This document shows positions 34,636 to 45,514 of a stretch of DNA of 64,000 bases, piece by piece; within the stretch, counting starts at the first letter, position 1, and every line of letters starts with the position of its first letter. The position numbers and the translations under genes are program-made. The stretch spans positions 46,936-110,935 of IMG/VR virus record IMGVR_UViG_3300027749_000058. The stretch is one strand, 5' to 3'. This stretch comes from a virus. Below the pieces are notes generated by a model, which was not told the DNA's origin, did no database searches, and worked only from the letters and a program-made list of their open reading frames with translations.

Positions 34636-36273
34636 ATGCAAGAAAATAAAAATTTAGTACAAGAGGCTCTTATTCAAATGAAACAAGTTGAAGAAGCTAT
34701 TGCCGAAAATGCAAAAGGAATACTTCATTCTACAATGAAAGAAGAAATCAATCAATTAGTAAAAGAATCTCTCTCAGAACAAGATGATGAAGAAGAGATT
34801 GATCTAGATACAGACATGGACGACACAGATGTAGATACTGATGTTGACATGAATGTAGATAACGATGAAATGGATATGGATGTAGATACAGACATGGACA
34901 TGGATTCAGAAGAAAGTCCTATAGATTTAACTGACGCATCTGATGAAGAAATTCTGAAAGTGTTCAAAGCTATGGGTGAAGAAGATGGTATCATTGTTAA
35001 AAAAGATGGTAACAATATTCACCTAACAGATGATGACTCTGATACAGAATATCTTGTTAAGCTTGGTGAGTCTGAAGAAGACGAAGAAATAAACATGAAT
35101 GAAATGGATGAAATTATGAACCAAGAAACAGACGAATCAGTACAAGACGTTATTGATGCTATTTTCTCTAAAAACGGAGACACATCAGAAGTTGATATGG
35201 ATGATGTAAAATCTGATGATGATTCTGAAGAAGTCGTTTACGAAATTCATTTAGATGATGATGATGAAGAATCGGATATGGACGAAGAAATGGACGAAGA
35301 AATCGACGAACAAGACGAAGATGATGAAGAATGGGAAATGGACGAAGAAATGGACGAAGAAATGGACGAAGAAATGGACGAAGAAATCGACGAACAAGAC
35401 GAAGATGATGAAGAATCAGACATGGATGAATCTTACATTAGAGAAGGTAAATCAACCATTAAACCTAAAGGTGTTGGAATTGGATCAGGACCTAAATTCG
35501 CTTACAAAAAATCTGCTGGCGGATTTAAAGAGGACAAAAAACAAGGTCCTAAATCAGTAGGTACTGGTAAAGCAAAATTTGAATACAAGAAAGGTGGTAA
35601 CATGGAAGGTAAATCTAAAGTTGTTAAAGCTGAAACTAAAGAAGGTCAAGGATACAAAGATAAAGAAGACGAAAGATTGGCGATGAAGCACGGTAAAATT
35701 GCTTCAAAAGATCTTAAATCTACTAAAGCTCGTAGAGATGACGCTGGTTTTGAAAAAAAAGAAACTAAAGAAGCTGCAAGAACTTACGGTATGGGTTCTA
35801 AAGAAGGTAGAGGTTTAAGAAAAGGTATTACAAACAACAGAAATTACGTTTATAGTAATTCTGGTGTTAAAGTAGAATCTACACAAGCAGAAGTTAGTAT
35901 GTTGAGAGAAAAGAACGAAGAGTATAGAAAAGCATTAAATGTTTTCAGAGAAAAACTTAATGAAGTTGCTACATTCAATTCAAACTTAGCTTATGCTACG
36001 AGATTGTTCACAGAACATTCAACAACTAAAAAAGAAAAAATAAATATCCTTAGGAGATTTGACGGAGTTGAAACTTTAAAAGAATCAAAAAGTCTTTACA
36101 AATCAATAAAAGACGAATTAACTAAAGGAGATACACAACCAATTACAGAATCGGTTGAAACAAAATTAAACAAACAAGTTTCTACAGGTTCATCAGTTAA
36201 TCTAATTGAGTCTAAAACATATGAAAATCCTCAGTTCTTAAGAATGAAAGATTTGATGTCTAAATTAGGTTAA
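34636..36273 (+). CDS. prohead scaffolding/core protein
   Basis: Highly acidic, coiled-coil; directly before the MCP. Confidence 0.8.
   Translation: MQENKNLVQEALIQMKQVEEAIAENAKGILHSTMKEEINQLVKESLSEQDDEEEIDLDTDMDDTDVDTDVDMNVDNDEMDMDVDTDMDMDSEESPIDLTDASDEEILKVFKAMGEEDGIIVKKDGNNIHLTDDDSDTEYLVKLGESEEDEEINMNEMDEIMNQETDESVQDVIDAIFSKNGDTSEVDMDDVKSDDDSEEVVYEIHLDDDDEESDMDEEMDEEIDEQDEDDEEWEMDEEMDEEMDEEMDEEIDEQDEDDEESDMDESYIREGKSTIKPKGVGIGSGPKFAYKKSAGGFKEDKKQGPKSVGTGKAKFEYKKGGNMEGKSKVVKAETKEGQGYKDKEDERLAMKHGKIASKDLKSTKARRDDAGFEKKETKEAARTYGMGSKEGRGLRKGITNNRNYVYSNSGVKVESTQAEVSMLREKNEEYRKALNVFREKLNEVATFNSNLAYATRLFTEHSTTKKEKINILRRFDGVETLKESKSLYKSIKDELTKGDTQPITESVETKLNKQVSTGSSVNLIESKTYENPQFLRMKDLMSKLG
35255..35430 (+). 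repeat. coding tandem repeats (GACGAAGAAATG units, MDEE)
   Basis: Repeated 12-bp units and a duplicated DEEIDEQDEDDEE block. Confidence 0.85.
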
Positions 36274-36308
36274 TTAACAAAATAAAATAAAAACAAAACA
36301 ATACTAAA

Positions 36309-38129
36309 ATGGGAGCATTATTAGAATCAGGTCTTGTTGGTAACATCGGTCTTAAGCACCTTAAAGTTATCAAAGAAGATACAATCAACAAATGGGACAA
36401 ATTAGGCTTTTTAGAAGGTCTTAAAGGTCACATGAGAGAAAACGTGGCACAATTATATGAAAACCAAGCATCATTTTTAATCAATGAAGCATCATCTACT
36501 TCTGATACAGGAGCATTTGAAACAGTGGTTTTCCCAATTGTTAGACGTGTATTCTCTAAATTATTGGCGAATGACATCGTTTCAGTACAAGCAATGAACT
36601 TACCAATTGGTAAATTATTCTACTTTGTACCTAACATTCAAAATTACGAAACAGGTGGATCAGAATATGGTGATGGTGGAACACACTACGCACCTTACGG
36701 AGCACCAAATGGTCCAGATAGTCCTAACGCAGGTTATGACTATAATGTGGGTAAAGATCTTTATGATAGATTTTATGAAGGTAATGAACCAGCATTAGAC
36801 CCTCCAGGTTTATTTGACTACTCTAAAGGTCAATTCTCAGCTATAACAGGTACTGCAGTAACGGCGCTTTGGAATAACGCAACGTTAAACTTAGAACCAG
36901 CAGCTTACGCTTTAACTGATTACAGAAAAGTATTACTTATTATGTCAGGTTTTGCATCTGATGCGGCTGGTAAATTAATCGGACCAGATGGTAACCCAAT
37001 CGACAACGAATCATTCTTGTCTGATTTGACTATTTGGGGTATAGGTACTAACACAACTACTGCTGGATCAGGTCAAGGCGGTGGATCAGGTCCTTACTTA
37101 TTCAGAGTTGTAACTCAAAGATACGGTAAAGGTATTGTTCAATACGGTAACAACAACCAAACATTAACTTTCCCTAACAGTAAAACAGGTGGTGGTCAAT
37201 ACGACAACATTTGTGACGCTCAAGGTTTCATTTACTTAGAGGTTGATTTACAAGTTCCAGTATGTATTACTTGTAACGGTTCTATGGATGGTTATACAGG
37301 TTCTACTTTCTCTTCTTCAACAGAAAATAACAACGCTTTTGTTCCTACTTATAGAATCTATAAGAACTTGGAATTTGAAGATAGAATTGGTGAGGTTTCA
37401 TTTGACTTAATGTCAGTAACAGTTTCTGTGACTGAAAGAAAATTAAGAGCACAATGGTCTCCTGAAATGGCTCAAGACGTTGCGGCTTTCCACAACATTG
37501 ACGCTGAAGCTGAATTAACAGCATTGTTATCTGAGCAAGTTGCAGCAGAAATTGATAGAGAAATCTTGAGAGATTTGAGAAAAGGTGCAGCTTGGAACTT
37601 AAGATGGGATTACAATGGTTGGAAGAGACTGGGTTCAAGTGCTGTTCCATATACTCAAAAAGATTGGAATCAAACTTTAATCACAGCAATCAACCAAATT
37701 TCAGCTCAAATCCACAAATCTACATTAAGAGGTGGAGCAAACTGGATTGTTGTTTCTTCTGAAATCAGTGCTATTTTTGATGACTTGGAGTATTTCCACG
37801 TTTCAAACGCAGCTCCTGAGCAAGACCAATACAACATGGGTATTGAAAGAGTTGGTACTTTAGCTGGTCGTTACCAAGTTTATAGAGACCCTTACTTCCC
37901 TGCTAACCAAGTGTTAATGGGTCACAAAGGTACATCTTTATTAGATACTGGTTACATCTACGCACCTTACGTACCTTTACAATTAACTCCAACAATGTAC
38001 AATCCGTTCAACTTTACTCCGATTAAGGGTATTATGACGAGATACGCAAAAAAGGTTGTAAACAACCGTTTTTACGGACGTATTACAGTTGATGGTGTTA
38101 GAACATTTGATTTAAGAGAATTGAGATAA
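36309..38129 (+). CDS. major capsid protein (T4 gp23-like)
   Basis: PIVRRVF..IVSVQAM, RKLRAQWSPEMAQD, EIDREIL, YAPYVPL, GIMTRY. Confidence 0.97.
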   Translation: MGALLESGLVGNIGLKHLKVIKEDTINKWDKLGFLEGLKGHMRENVAQLYENQASFLINEASSTSDTGAFETVVFPIVRRVFSKLLANDIVSVQAMNLPIGKLFYFVPNIQNYETGGSEYGDGGTHYAPYGAPNGPDSPNAGYDYNVGKDLYDRFYEGNEPALDPPGLFDYSKGQFSAITGTAVTALWNNATLNLEPAAYALTDYRKVLLIMSGFASDAAGKLIGPDGNPIDNESFLSDLTIWGIGTNTTTAGSGQGGGSGPYLFRVVTQRYGKGIVQYGNNNQTLTFPNSKTGGGQYDNICDAQGFIYLEVDLQVPVCITCNGSMDGYTGSTFSSSTENNNAFVPTYRIYKNLEFEDRIGEVSFDLMSVTVSVTERKLRAQWSPEMAQDVAAFHNIDAEAELTALLSEQVAAEIDREILRDLRKGAAWNLRWDYNGWKRLGSSAVPYTQKDWNQTLITAINQISAQIHKSTLRGGANWIVVSSEISAIFDDLEYFHVSNAAPEQDQYNMGIERVGTLAGRYQVYRDPYFPANQVLMGHKGTSLLDTGYIYAPYVPLQLTPTMYNPFNFTPIKGIMTRYAKKVVNNRFYGRITVDGVRTFDLRELR

Positions 38130-38151
38130 TCAATTTCTTATGAAATACACT

Positions 38152-38180
38152 AAAAGGGACAAGAAATTGTCCCTTTTTTT
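38152..38180 (+). terminator. terminator after MCP
   Basis: AAAAGGGACAA-GAAA-TTGTCCCTTTTTTT. Confidence 0.85.
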
Positions 38181-38229
38181 ATTCATGATAATAAGGGTTT
38201 ATGATATATTTATAATAAAGTTATTAGTA

Positions 38230-39069
38230 ATGATTAAGCAAACATGGAATATTAATAGTGAAGAAAAATTACGAATTTTAAATCTTCATGAGTCTGCAAC
38301 AAAGAATTTGTATCTTGTAAAAGAACAATTAACACCAAATACACCATTTACAGTTGATTTTGAAAATGCATTCGATAGTGGACAATATAATTTTACTCCA
38401 AAATATATGAATGTTGTCAATGATAGTGTTATCAAAATATCTGATTACATTAAAGATAAAAATTTAAAAGACTTTAAGTTAGTAATAACACCGGGAGAAT
38501 CTCAAGTACCAAATCCAAAAGGATTTGAACAAAAAGGTTCATTGGCTATGGAAAGGGCTAAAGTTTTAAAAAAATATTTAGAAACCGCATTACCACCAAT
38601 ATTAAATATGAATCCTCAAATTGAGATTTCAGAACCTGTTATTGGAACAACAAAATGGGATGATAGATTAGGTAAGGATAATGATGTTTATAAAAAAGAA
38701 CAATTTGTGAAAGTAAGTATTATTTTAAATACTAAAACCACTCTAATCCCAACCCCAATTGAATCCCCATATAAAATTACTGCATCAGATAAGGTATCAA
38801 TATATTTCCCATTAAATGGTAGTAGTTATTTAGGTGCATTAGCTCATTACCCAACAAGAGATAGTTCAAATATTAAAAATGCAGGTAGTCTGGATACTGG
38901 AATTCAAGATGTAACACTTAAAGTAATTAAAAAAGATACGGTACCTTTCCAAGTTACTGACGTTTATCAAATACCATTTGATTGGTGGAATAATAGACAA
39001 GGTGCATCTACAAACGTTCTAAATCCGCAAGATTTAGAATATATTAAGAAAAATTTCAAAAGGCTTTAA
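38230..39069 (+). CDS. protein with OmpA-C-like domain, probable virion protein
   Basis: FDSGQY..ESQVPN..LAMERAKVLKKYL; EEKLRILNLHES leader. Confidence 0.55.
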   Translation: MIKQTWNINSEEKLRILNLHESATKNLYLVKEQLTPNTPFTVDFENAFDSGQYNFTPKYMNVVNDSVIKISDYIKDKNLKDFKLVITPGESQVPNPKGFEQKGSLAMERAKVLKKYLETALPPILNMNPQIEISEPVIGTTKWDDRLGKDNDVYKKEQFVKVSIILNTKTTLIPTPIESPYKITASDKVSIYFPLNGSSYLGALAHYPTRDSSNIKNAGSLDTGIQDVTLKVIKKDTVPFQVTDVYQIPFDWWNNRQGASTNVLNPQDLEYIKKNFKRL

Positions 39070-39073
39070 TAAA

Positions 39074-39283
39074 TTATCTAATAGGTTTTACTTTATTTAA
39101 AGAATCACAAAACATTAAATACATTTTATTTAATGAATCTCTAAATTGTTTATTAGTAACTTTTACTCCTTTCCATGTCCTTAATGTATCAAAATTTTTT
39201 TTTGGTAAAATATGATTTGATTTTTGGGAAATCCCTATTAAATGGATTAAAGTAAAAATCATAATTAAAATAATTTTTTTCAT
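39074..39283 (-). CDS. small secreted protein
   Basis: MKKIILIMIFTLIHLIGIS-Q signal peptide. Confidence 0.5.
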   Translation of the reverse strand: MKKIILIMIFTLIHLIGISQKSNHILPKKNFDTLRTWKGVKVTNKQFRDSLNKMYLMFCDSLNKVKPIR

Positions 39284-39453
39284 AATTAACATTTTTACAA
39301 AAAATAAGAAATTATTTGTTTAAAACAAATTATTTTTTTTTATATTTATTTTTAGATTTTAGTTTATCAGTCCCCAGTCTCAATGACTGTAGAGTATTCA
39401 CGGATATAAAGGTATTGGTAACGTAGTCATAAGCTAATATAAAATTAAAAAAC

Positions 39454-40284
39454 ATGAATTACGCAACACAAGTGGGCAATCCGACGGCGCACATCACAAA
39501 GAAAAAGTCGAGATTAAAAGTCTATAACGGACACGTAGTCTTCCTTAACGATAAAGACAACTTCGAATTCGAAATCCATAATCCAAAAAACAAAACGGTT
39601 CTCTGTAAAATCAAATTGAATGGTGAATACATTTCCACAAGTGGTGTTGTATTAAGACCAGGTCAGAGAGTGTTTTTAGAACGTTTCCTTGACTCTAATA
39701 ACAAGTTTGAGTTCAGTACCTATGAAGTTAAAGATACGTCTGAAAATAGGTCTGCAATTGATTTAAATGGTGATGTAGAAATAGAGTTCTATGATCAACA
39801 GGAAGTTAGTAATAATTTTTTATACTTGAATAGTAATAGAACAATTTATGGAAGTCCAAGTACAACTGTTCCTTCGTATTATGGAACAACACTTACTACC
39901 ACAGGAGGAGTCGGATATGGAACTACAACATTTACAACACAAAATTCATCAAATGCGACTTTTACAAGTTCTGTTAGTTCAGATACTTTTAGAAGTAAAT
40001 TTGATATATCAAGTACGTTGTTGAACGGTAAACCTAATTCACTAAAGAATAAAAGTAAGTCACTTGAAACAGGTAGAGTTGAAAAGGGAGAACAATCAAA
40101 TCAATCTTTCACTAATTCATACGAACAATTTAATTATTACACATCTTATACAATTAAATTTAAGATTCAACCTATAGGTATAAAAAATATTAATGTTGAA
40201 GAAATAAGACAATATTGTACTGAATGTGGAACCAAGACAAAATCAAACTATAAGTTCTGTCCATCTTGTGGAAATAAAATATAA
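39454..40284 (+). CDS. hypothetical protein with C-terminal zinc ribbon
   Basis: YCTECG..KFCPSCG. Confidence 0.75.
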   Translation: MNYATQVGNPTAHITKKKSRLKVYNGHVVFLNDKDNFEFEIHNPKNKTVLCKIKLNGEYISTSGVVLRPGQRVFLERFLDSNNKFEFSTYEVKDTSENRSAIDLNGDVEIEFYDQQEVSNNFLYLNSNRTIYGSPSTTVPSYYGTTLTTTGGVGYGTTTFTTQNSSNATFTSSVSSDTFRSKFDISSTLLNGKPNSLKNKSKSLETGRVEKGEQSNQSFTNSYEQFNYYTSYTIKFKIQPIGIKNINVEEIRQYCTECGTKTKSNYKFCPSCGNKI

Positions 40285-40314
40285 ATAAAAAAAGGACCCC
40301 GTGAGGTCCTTTTT

Positions 40315-40530
40315 TTATTTTAAATTCTTTGTGAGTACTCTTATTGCTTTAGATAATATCTCCGATTCTTGAAGAGAATACACACCTCTGGTATGTCCCA
40401 TCTCTATTGCCTTTGTTAAAACATAAAATGATTGGATGGAATCCATTGATTCTACAAATTTTTCTACATCTTCAGGGGACTTATATCTTATTGATTCAAA
40501 TAAAAATTCTCCTTGTTCTTCCATATTCAT
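40315..40530 (-). CDS. hypothetical protein
   Basis: Likely start MNMEEQ at 40530; the longer track ORF overlaps the divergent gene. Confidence 0.6.
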   Translation of the reverse strand: MNMEEQGEFLFESIRYKSPEDVEKFVESMDSIQSFYVLTKAIEMGHTRGVYSLQESEILSKAIRVLTKNLK

Positions 40531-40561
40531 AATTAAAAGATATTTATTGTAAGTTAAGTAT

Positions 40562-41305
40562 ATGAAAATAAATAGAATAAATGAAGCTACAGGTTCAGGA
40601 TCTGCTGGAAGTTTTAAAAGTCCGGCTAGCTTTGCTCCAATTATTTGGACTGAAGATGAAACCGCTCCATTTACAATACCTGTTAGTGAATATCTAAATG
40701 CCACTTTGGCATATGATAGTTATGATGGAACGATGGATATTAGCCAAAAAGAAATAAATTCTATTGAGAATAAAACAAAAAGATTGGCGTTAAAGTCACA
40801 AAAAGATTTTCAACAAACCGATGATGATGGAAATAATTTTAACGGATATAATCCACCAGGTCCTGACGGTGGAGGAACTCCTGATTATATAAAAAAAATT
40901 GCTAAATTACCTAAATCAGATACACAGCCAATTTACGATAAAAAAGATTTGGCAATTAACCTTAAAGAAGATTTGGCTGTTTGGTTCGGAACAAAGAAAA
41001 AACCTAAAGGTAGTAAGCAACCTGCAGGTCCTTGGGTTAATATATGTCGTAAAAAAGAAGGTGGAGGACATCCTCCATGTGGTAGACCTGAAGCAGGTGA
41101 TAAGGGATATCCAAAATGTAGGGCCGCTGGAGTTGCAAGTAAAATGAGCGACTCTCAAAAAAAATCAGCATGTCAACAAAAAAGAACTGCAGAAAAAACA
41201 CATTCAAAATCAGGTACAGGTAACAAACCTAAAATGACTCATTACAAACCTAAAAATGAATCTCTTAAAGATTTAATTAAAAAAATATTAAGAGAGTCCC
41301 TCTAA
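40562..41305 (+). CDS. basic Cys-containing protein (resembles the C-terminal half of DUF5872)
   Basis: LAVWF..WVNIC..PCGR..YPKCR. Confidence 0.6.
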   Translation: MKINRINEATGSGSAGSFKSPASFAPIIWTEDETAPFTIPVSEYLNATLAYDSYDGTMDISQKEINSIENKTKRLALKSQKDFQQTDDDGNNFNGYNPPGPDGGGTPDYIKKIAKLPKSDTQPIYDKKDLAINLKEDLAVWFGTKKKPKGSKQPAGPWVNICRKKEGGGHPPCGRPEAGDKGYPKCRAAGVASKMSDSQKKSACQQKRTAEKTHSKSGTGNKPKMTHYKPKNESLKDLIKKILRESL

Positions 41306-41689
41306 TATTTTTGTTAATGAATGTTTAATATTATTGGTAATTTTATCTTCTAATTCAATTTTTTTCTTTTCAGAAATTTCATCAAATTTTCTTAATATTT
41401 TACTGTAACACTCATTATTTTCCATATATATGCTATAACTATATACGTGATTGATAATATGTACAACTCTATTTTCAATAGTAATTGCCATACCTTTTTG
41501 TTCATTAATAATAAATCTTTTTTCGGATACTGGTGCAAAGACTAAATCTGTGTCTTCGTAGTCAAGAACTTTTAACACGATATTCGTACAAGTATCTACT
41601 TCTTCTGGTATAGGAGGTTTTGGGTCAAATTTATTTTTCAAATATAGAAAAATATTGAATAATATTCCTGAATTTTTATTTGTTTCCAT
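41288..41689 (-). CDS. hypothetical protein
   Basis: TATATTTG 4 nt before ATG. Confidence 0.65.
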   Translation of the reverse strand: METNKNSGILFNIFLYLKNKFDPKPPIPEEVDTCTNIVLKVLDYEDTDLVFAPVSEKRFIINEQKGMAITIENRVVHIINHVYSYSIYMENNECYSKILRKFDEISEKKKIELEDKITNNIKHSLTKILEGLS

Positions 41690-41716
41690 TTAACAAATAT
41701 AAATTAATTTTTTGAA

Positions 41717-42196
41717 TTAACAATATGCTCCTGAACAATGTTTTTTACCGTCTAATCCTTTTATTTTACCCTTACATACTTGAACTCCATAACCTGAACT
41801 ATACGCACTTGGAAAAACTTTAAATTTAGCTTTAGCTGCAGAATACCCTCTTGCACAAAGTTTTGTGCCAGTTTTTTTTCTACCTTCAGATAATGAATTT
41901 TCTTCCATATCCTCATAATCAACATATTCAGATTCTTTATCCATTTCATTTTTAAAAAAATCAAATACTTGGTCAATATTTGTTTTAGCTTCAGTTATAT
42001 GGTCGTCAGCCCAATCATGACCATGTTGAATAATATTATCTATTTCATTTGGGTCCATCTCAAGCATCATTTCACATTGTCTTTTGATTTGCTTTAAATT
42101 ACTAAAGAACATATAGTTTACTTCTTCTTGTTCTTTTAAAACTTTCTTTACAAGAATGTTTAAATCTTTTTCTGTTAATTTTATTATCTTATTCAT
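41717..42196 (-). CDS. probable head-packaged protein with PSAY motif
   Basis: MNKIIKLTEKDL..VLKEQ leader; AKAKFKVFPSAYSSGYGVQVCKG. Confidence 0.6.
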   Translation of the reverse strand: MNKIIKLTEKDLNILVKKVLKEQEEVNYMFFSNLKQIKRQCEMMLEMDPNEIDNIIQHGHDWADDHITEAKTNIDQVFDFFKNEMDKESEYVDYEDMEENSLSEGRKKTGTKLCARGYSAAKAKFKVFPSAYSSGYGVQVCKGKIKGLDGKKHCSGAYC

Positions 42197-42197
42197 T

Positions 42198-43709
42198 TTA
42201 TTTTTTATTTACAATATTAAAAGTTAATTGTTTTTTATAAGTATCTTTTTCTCCAGAAGTATTTACTTGAATATCAACATAATATTGATTTGGAATTTTA
42301 TCTCTCATATCAAATATAAAATAATATTCATTTGGCGTTCTGTTAATAGGAGTCCAATCTTGAACTTGAACTTCAGTAGTTCCTTCTTTAACATATACTC
42401 TATAAAAAGCAGATACATTTTCTAAAAGTTGTTGACCTGTATATGCCCTCTTAATCGTTACACCAACTTTACGAATATCGGAATTAAGAATTTGTTCGTT
42501 TTGTAATATACCATAAAAACTGAATCCGAATTTTTTAGGGTCTTGAGACAAAGTTCCAATTTGGATACCAGCACGATACTGTTGTAAAATAAATTGGTTT
42601 TGTACGTTTGGTACACACTGTCCATTAATTGTTAAACCTGACCATACATCATAATACATACAAGGTGTTGCACCTGTAAAATTATTTGGTACTACAACTT
42701 CATAAACACCTTTAGTTCTTAAACAAGTTGATAATGAAACCATTCCCGGAACTGCATCCCCGCCATTAGTTTCAATTCTTACAAATGGATCGGAATCCAG
42801 ATTAACCAAATCTCCATTTTGATAAACATATAAATATAGTTTGTTTACTTGGTTTTTTAAGAATAAATTTCTATCATCTTTAATTAAGTCATCATAATTT
42901 GTTAATAAAAATGGTTGATAAAATGTTTGAGTGTCTTTTGAGAAAAAGGCTACACTATAACTGTCGGTTAATCCTGTGATGTTTTCTATTTGAGGTAAGT
43001 AGGCCAAACCCCATCCTGTAACACCTGTAATAGACCCATTTAATACACCGTTAATTTCGGCAGTCATATCCATATTAAGGTCTTCATTTCCAAGTTCAAA
43101 ATGTTGTGTTGCAATAATATGTATTGGATTTGTACATCCACTAAAATTAACTAATCCTTCACATTTATTATTATAAATTCCTGGTTGAGACCAATTATGT
43201 ATTGTTGTTGTTTGATACCAGTTTGACGGTCTTGTTGAGAATGATCTGCTATCCACATAAGTAAGTGGTGTAGAACCCCCAACGGCACTATTTTTTGCCA
43301 AATTAAAATCATTATAATCAAATCCCACACCTTCATCCCAGTATTGTGGATTTCCCGTATCTCCTGATGTTTTTGGTATTCTAAATAATATTAAATCAAA
43401 TGATGTTGCCCTTCTTCTTTCATTTGACATGAATGTGTTAAGTAATTCATTATCAAATGATGATGTATTTGTCATTTGAAGGGTATGGGTCATTGCCGAA
43501 GTACATCCTGTTGATATAACCCCCGAAGCGATATCTTCTTTTAATAGTTTTAAATCCAAATTAAAGATATATCTTGTATATCCGTAGTTGGGAACAACAT
43601 AATCTGACGCACCAAAATTCAACTCAACAATGGGGTTCCTTGCTGTGTTAACATATGAATTTGATGTGATAGTATTATTTTTATCTATGTATGACCTTAA
43701 AATTGACAT
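42198..43709 (-). CDS. putative virion structural protein
   Basis: 503 aa, beta-rich; late motif upstream. Confidence 0.6.
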   Translation of the reverse strand: MSILRSYIDKNNTITSNSYVNTARNPIVELNFGASDYVVPNYGYTRYIFNLDLKLLKEDIASGVISTGCTSAMTHTLQMTNTSSFDNELLNTFMSNERRRATSFDLILFRIPKTSGDTGNPQYWDEGVGFDYNDFNLAKNSAVGGSTPLTYVDSRSFSTRPSNWYQTTTIHNWSQPGIYNNKCEGLVNFSGCTNPIHIIATQHFELGNEDLNMDMTAEINGVLNGSITGVTGWGLAYLPQIENITGLTDSYSVAFFSKDTQTFYQPFLLTNYDDLIKDDRNLFLKNQVNKLYLYVYQNGDLVNLDSDPFVRIETNGGDAVPGMVSLSTCLRTKGVYEVVVPNNFTGATPCMYYDVWSGLTINGQCVPNVQNQFILQQYRAGIQIGTLSQDPKKFGFSFYGILQNEQILNSDIRKVGVTIKRAYTGQQLLENVSAFYRVYVKEGTTEVQVQDWTPINRTPNEYYFIFDMRDKIPNQYYVDIQVNTSGEKDTYKKQLTFNIVNKK

Positions 43710-43729
43710 TTAATCTTTTTCAATAAATA

Positions 43730-45310
43730 TCAATTAATACGAATATTCTCATTTAAAACTTTTGTAACCGCATTTTGTAGTTCTGTAAGTATCTGAGTTG
43801 AAGATGTTCCGTCTTGAGTCACAGGAACTGGAGGTAATCCAGGATATGCATGTGTATGTGTTAATAAGAACCTTGTAATTAAATTTATTAATTCTAATAA
43901 TTCTTCACCTCTAACAGTACTTGATGTATTTGGCATTATATCATCAGAAAACTTATCATTAGAAATACCATATAAAGTATCATCAAAATTAATTTTTTTC
44001 TTTCCTGGAATGGCAGTCTGATGTGACAATAAAAATAATTTATCACCACCAAGAGCAGAATATGTTTGTGGGGTTCCATAATATTTTGATTGTGGAACAA
44101 TAACTTTTTTTGTATCCATTGGTGTTCCAACAGTATCTTTCTTGTAAATTAACCCATATCCTGATTGTTTTAATGGTGCCAATAATTTTACTTGAGAATA
44201 AATGTTTGAAACATTATTAAATTCAATAGTTTTTATGTCTGTGTTTGATGGTGAAATATATGAATAAGTTTTATTATTTGGTCTATAAAATATTGGATAT
44301 CTATCTGTTAAAGTTGCAGGAAATAATTGATTACCTTCTTTTGTAACAAAATCACTATTACATGATTTAATAAAGTTATTAATGTAATTAACTGTATCTG
44401 TTTTACTTAATCCAAAAAATTCTTGAAAGGTAACTAAAGTTTTTAAATTTTCATTAATGATAGAATCAACAGTAACGTTTTGAGTATTTGTTGATAAATC
44501 AGGCTTAAGTTGATATAAATAAACCCCACCCGTAAATAAATCATGAGTATTTTCTGGATTGTCTATAGACCATTCTACAAGATATCTAACAATTAAAACT
44601 TTTTCTTCTATCTCTAAATATGTTTTTGGTTCCAATGGAATTTTAACACTTTGAAATCTTGAAAGTTGTAGAAATCCTCTCTGTTGATTTGCAACAGGAA
44701 TTACATTTGGCTGTAGTTGTTCTCCTTGGAATTTTCCCGATCTTAATAATACTTCATTTTCTTTAATAATTAAATCTGCACTTCCTCTTCCTAAAAGTGC
44801 ATTATCACCTGGCTCAGGGAAAACTCCCTTATGTACACCTTTTTCTGTATAAACACCACTTGTATTGCTTCCTGCTGTTGCACTACCCGCAACTGCTCCT
44901 GATAAAGTACCTATTGTGTTTTTTAATGGTTTTGGGTTTTCAATTTGCATACCCGTACCCGTAAATTTATTTGCACCTTCTTGATATGTAAAAAAAGATG
45001 ATGTTGGAGAATAAAAACTATTTTGTACGTAGAATTGATTTTGATATTTAAAATCTTTATTCACATACATTATTTGTACCAATTCTTTTATTTTTGGTAC
45101 TTGATAAATAAAATATGGTAATAATGGATTAAATATAAAAGGGTCTCTATCTGTCCATGCATCTTTTACTTCATTCCAAGGTGGGTCATCAAAACTTCTT
45201 ATAAGGTCATTATAGTTGTCAGTTAATAAAGTTCCTCTAATTCTACCTAACATAAGAGGATCATTATTATCTAAAACTAAACATTGAAAAAATATTGGTC
45301 TACTACTCAT
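43730..45310 (-). CDS. baseplate hub/spike-like protein (gp5/VgrG OB-fold N-terminus)
   Basis: DNNDPLMLGRIRG; PEPGDNALLGRG; C-terminal VRGEEL..HTH. Confidence 0.65.
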   Translation of the reverse strand: MSSRPIFFQCLVLDNNDPLMLGRIRGTLLTDNYNDLIRSFDDPPWNEVKDAWTDRDPFIFNPLLPYFIYQVPKIKELVQIMYVNKDFKYQNQFYVQNSFYSPTSSFFTYQEGANKFTGTGMQIENPKPLKNTIGTLSGAVAGSATAGSNTSGVYTEKGVHKGVFPEPGDNALLGRGSADLIIKENEVLLRSGKFQGEQLQPNVIPVANQQRGFLQLSRFQSVKIPLEPKTYLEIEEKVLIVRYLVEWSIDNPENTHDLFTGGVYLYQLKPDLSTNTQNVTVDSIINENLKTLVTFQEFFGLSKTDTVNYINNFIKSCNSDFVTKEGNQLFPATLTDRYPIFYRPNNKTYSYISPSNTDIKTIEFNNVSNIYSQVKLLAPLKQSGYGLIYKKDTVGTPMDTKKVIVPQSKYYGTPQTYSALGGDKLFLLSHQTAIPGKKKINFDDTLYGISNDKFSDDIMPNTSSTVRGEELLELINLITRFLLTHTHAYPGLPPVPVTQDGTSSTQILTELQNAVTKVLNENIRIN

Positions 45311-45513
45311 TATAATCTACTTTGGTATTCTTTTAATGAATTATCATATAATTCTTCTAATTTATCTAAATGATATGTCATTGAAATAATATTTTTTTTA
45401 ACCTCTTCAAATTCTAATGATAATAAATCCATCATTATAACTAAATTATTATTAGGTAAGTTTTTTAAATCTTTTTGATCTTCAATTATTTTATTAAATT
45501 CGTCTTTAGTCAT
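45310..45513 (-). CDS. small coiled-coil protein
   Basis: Likely start MTKDEF at 45513. Confidence 0.55.
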   Translation of the reverse strand: MTKDEFNKIIEDQKDLKNLPNNNLVIMMDLLSLEFEEVKKNIISMTYHLDKLEELYDNSLKEYQSRL

Positions 45514-45514
45514 A

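Noticed and set aside
35255-35560. Repeat array and +1-frame ORF with WTKK repeats; considered as CRISPR or a frameshift product
   Set aside because: 12-bp in-frame MDEE repeats of the acidic scaffold; no spacers
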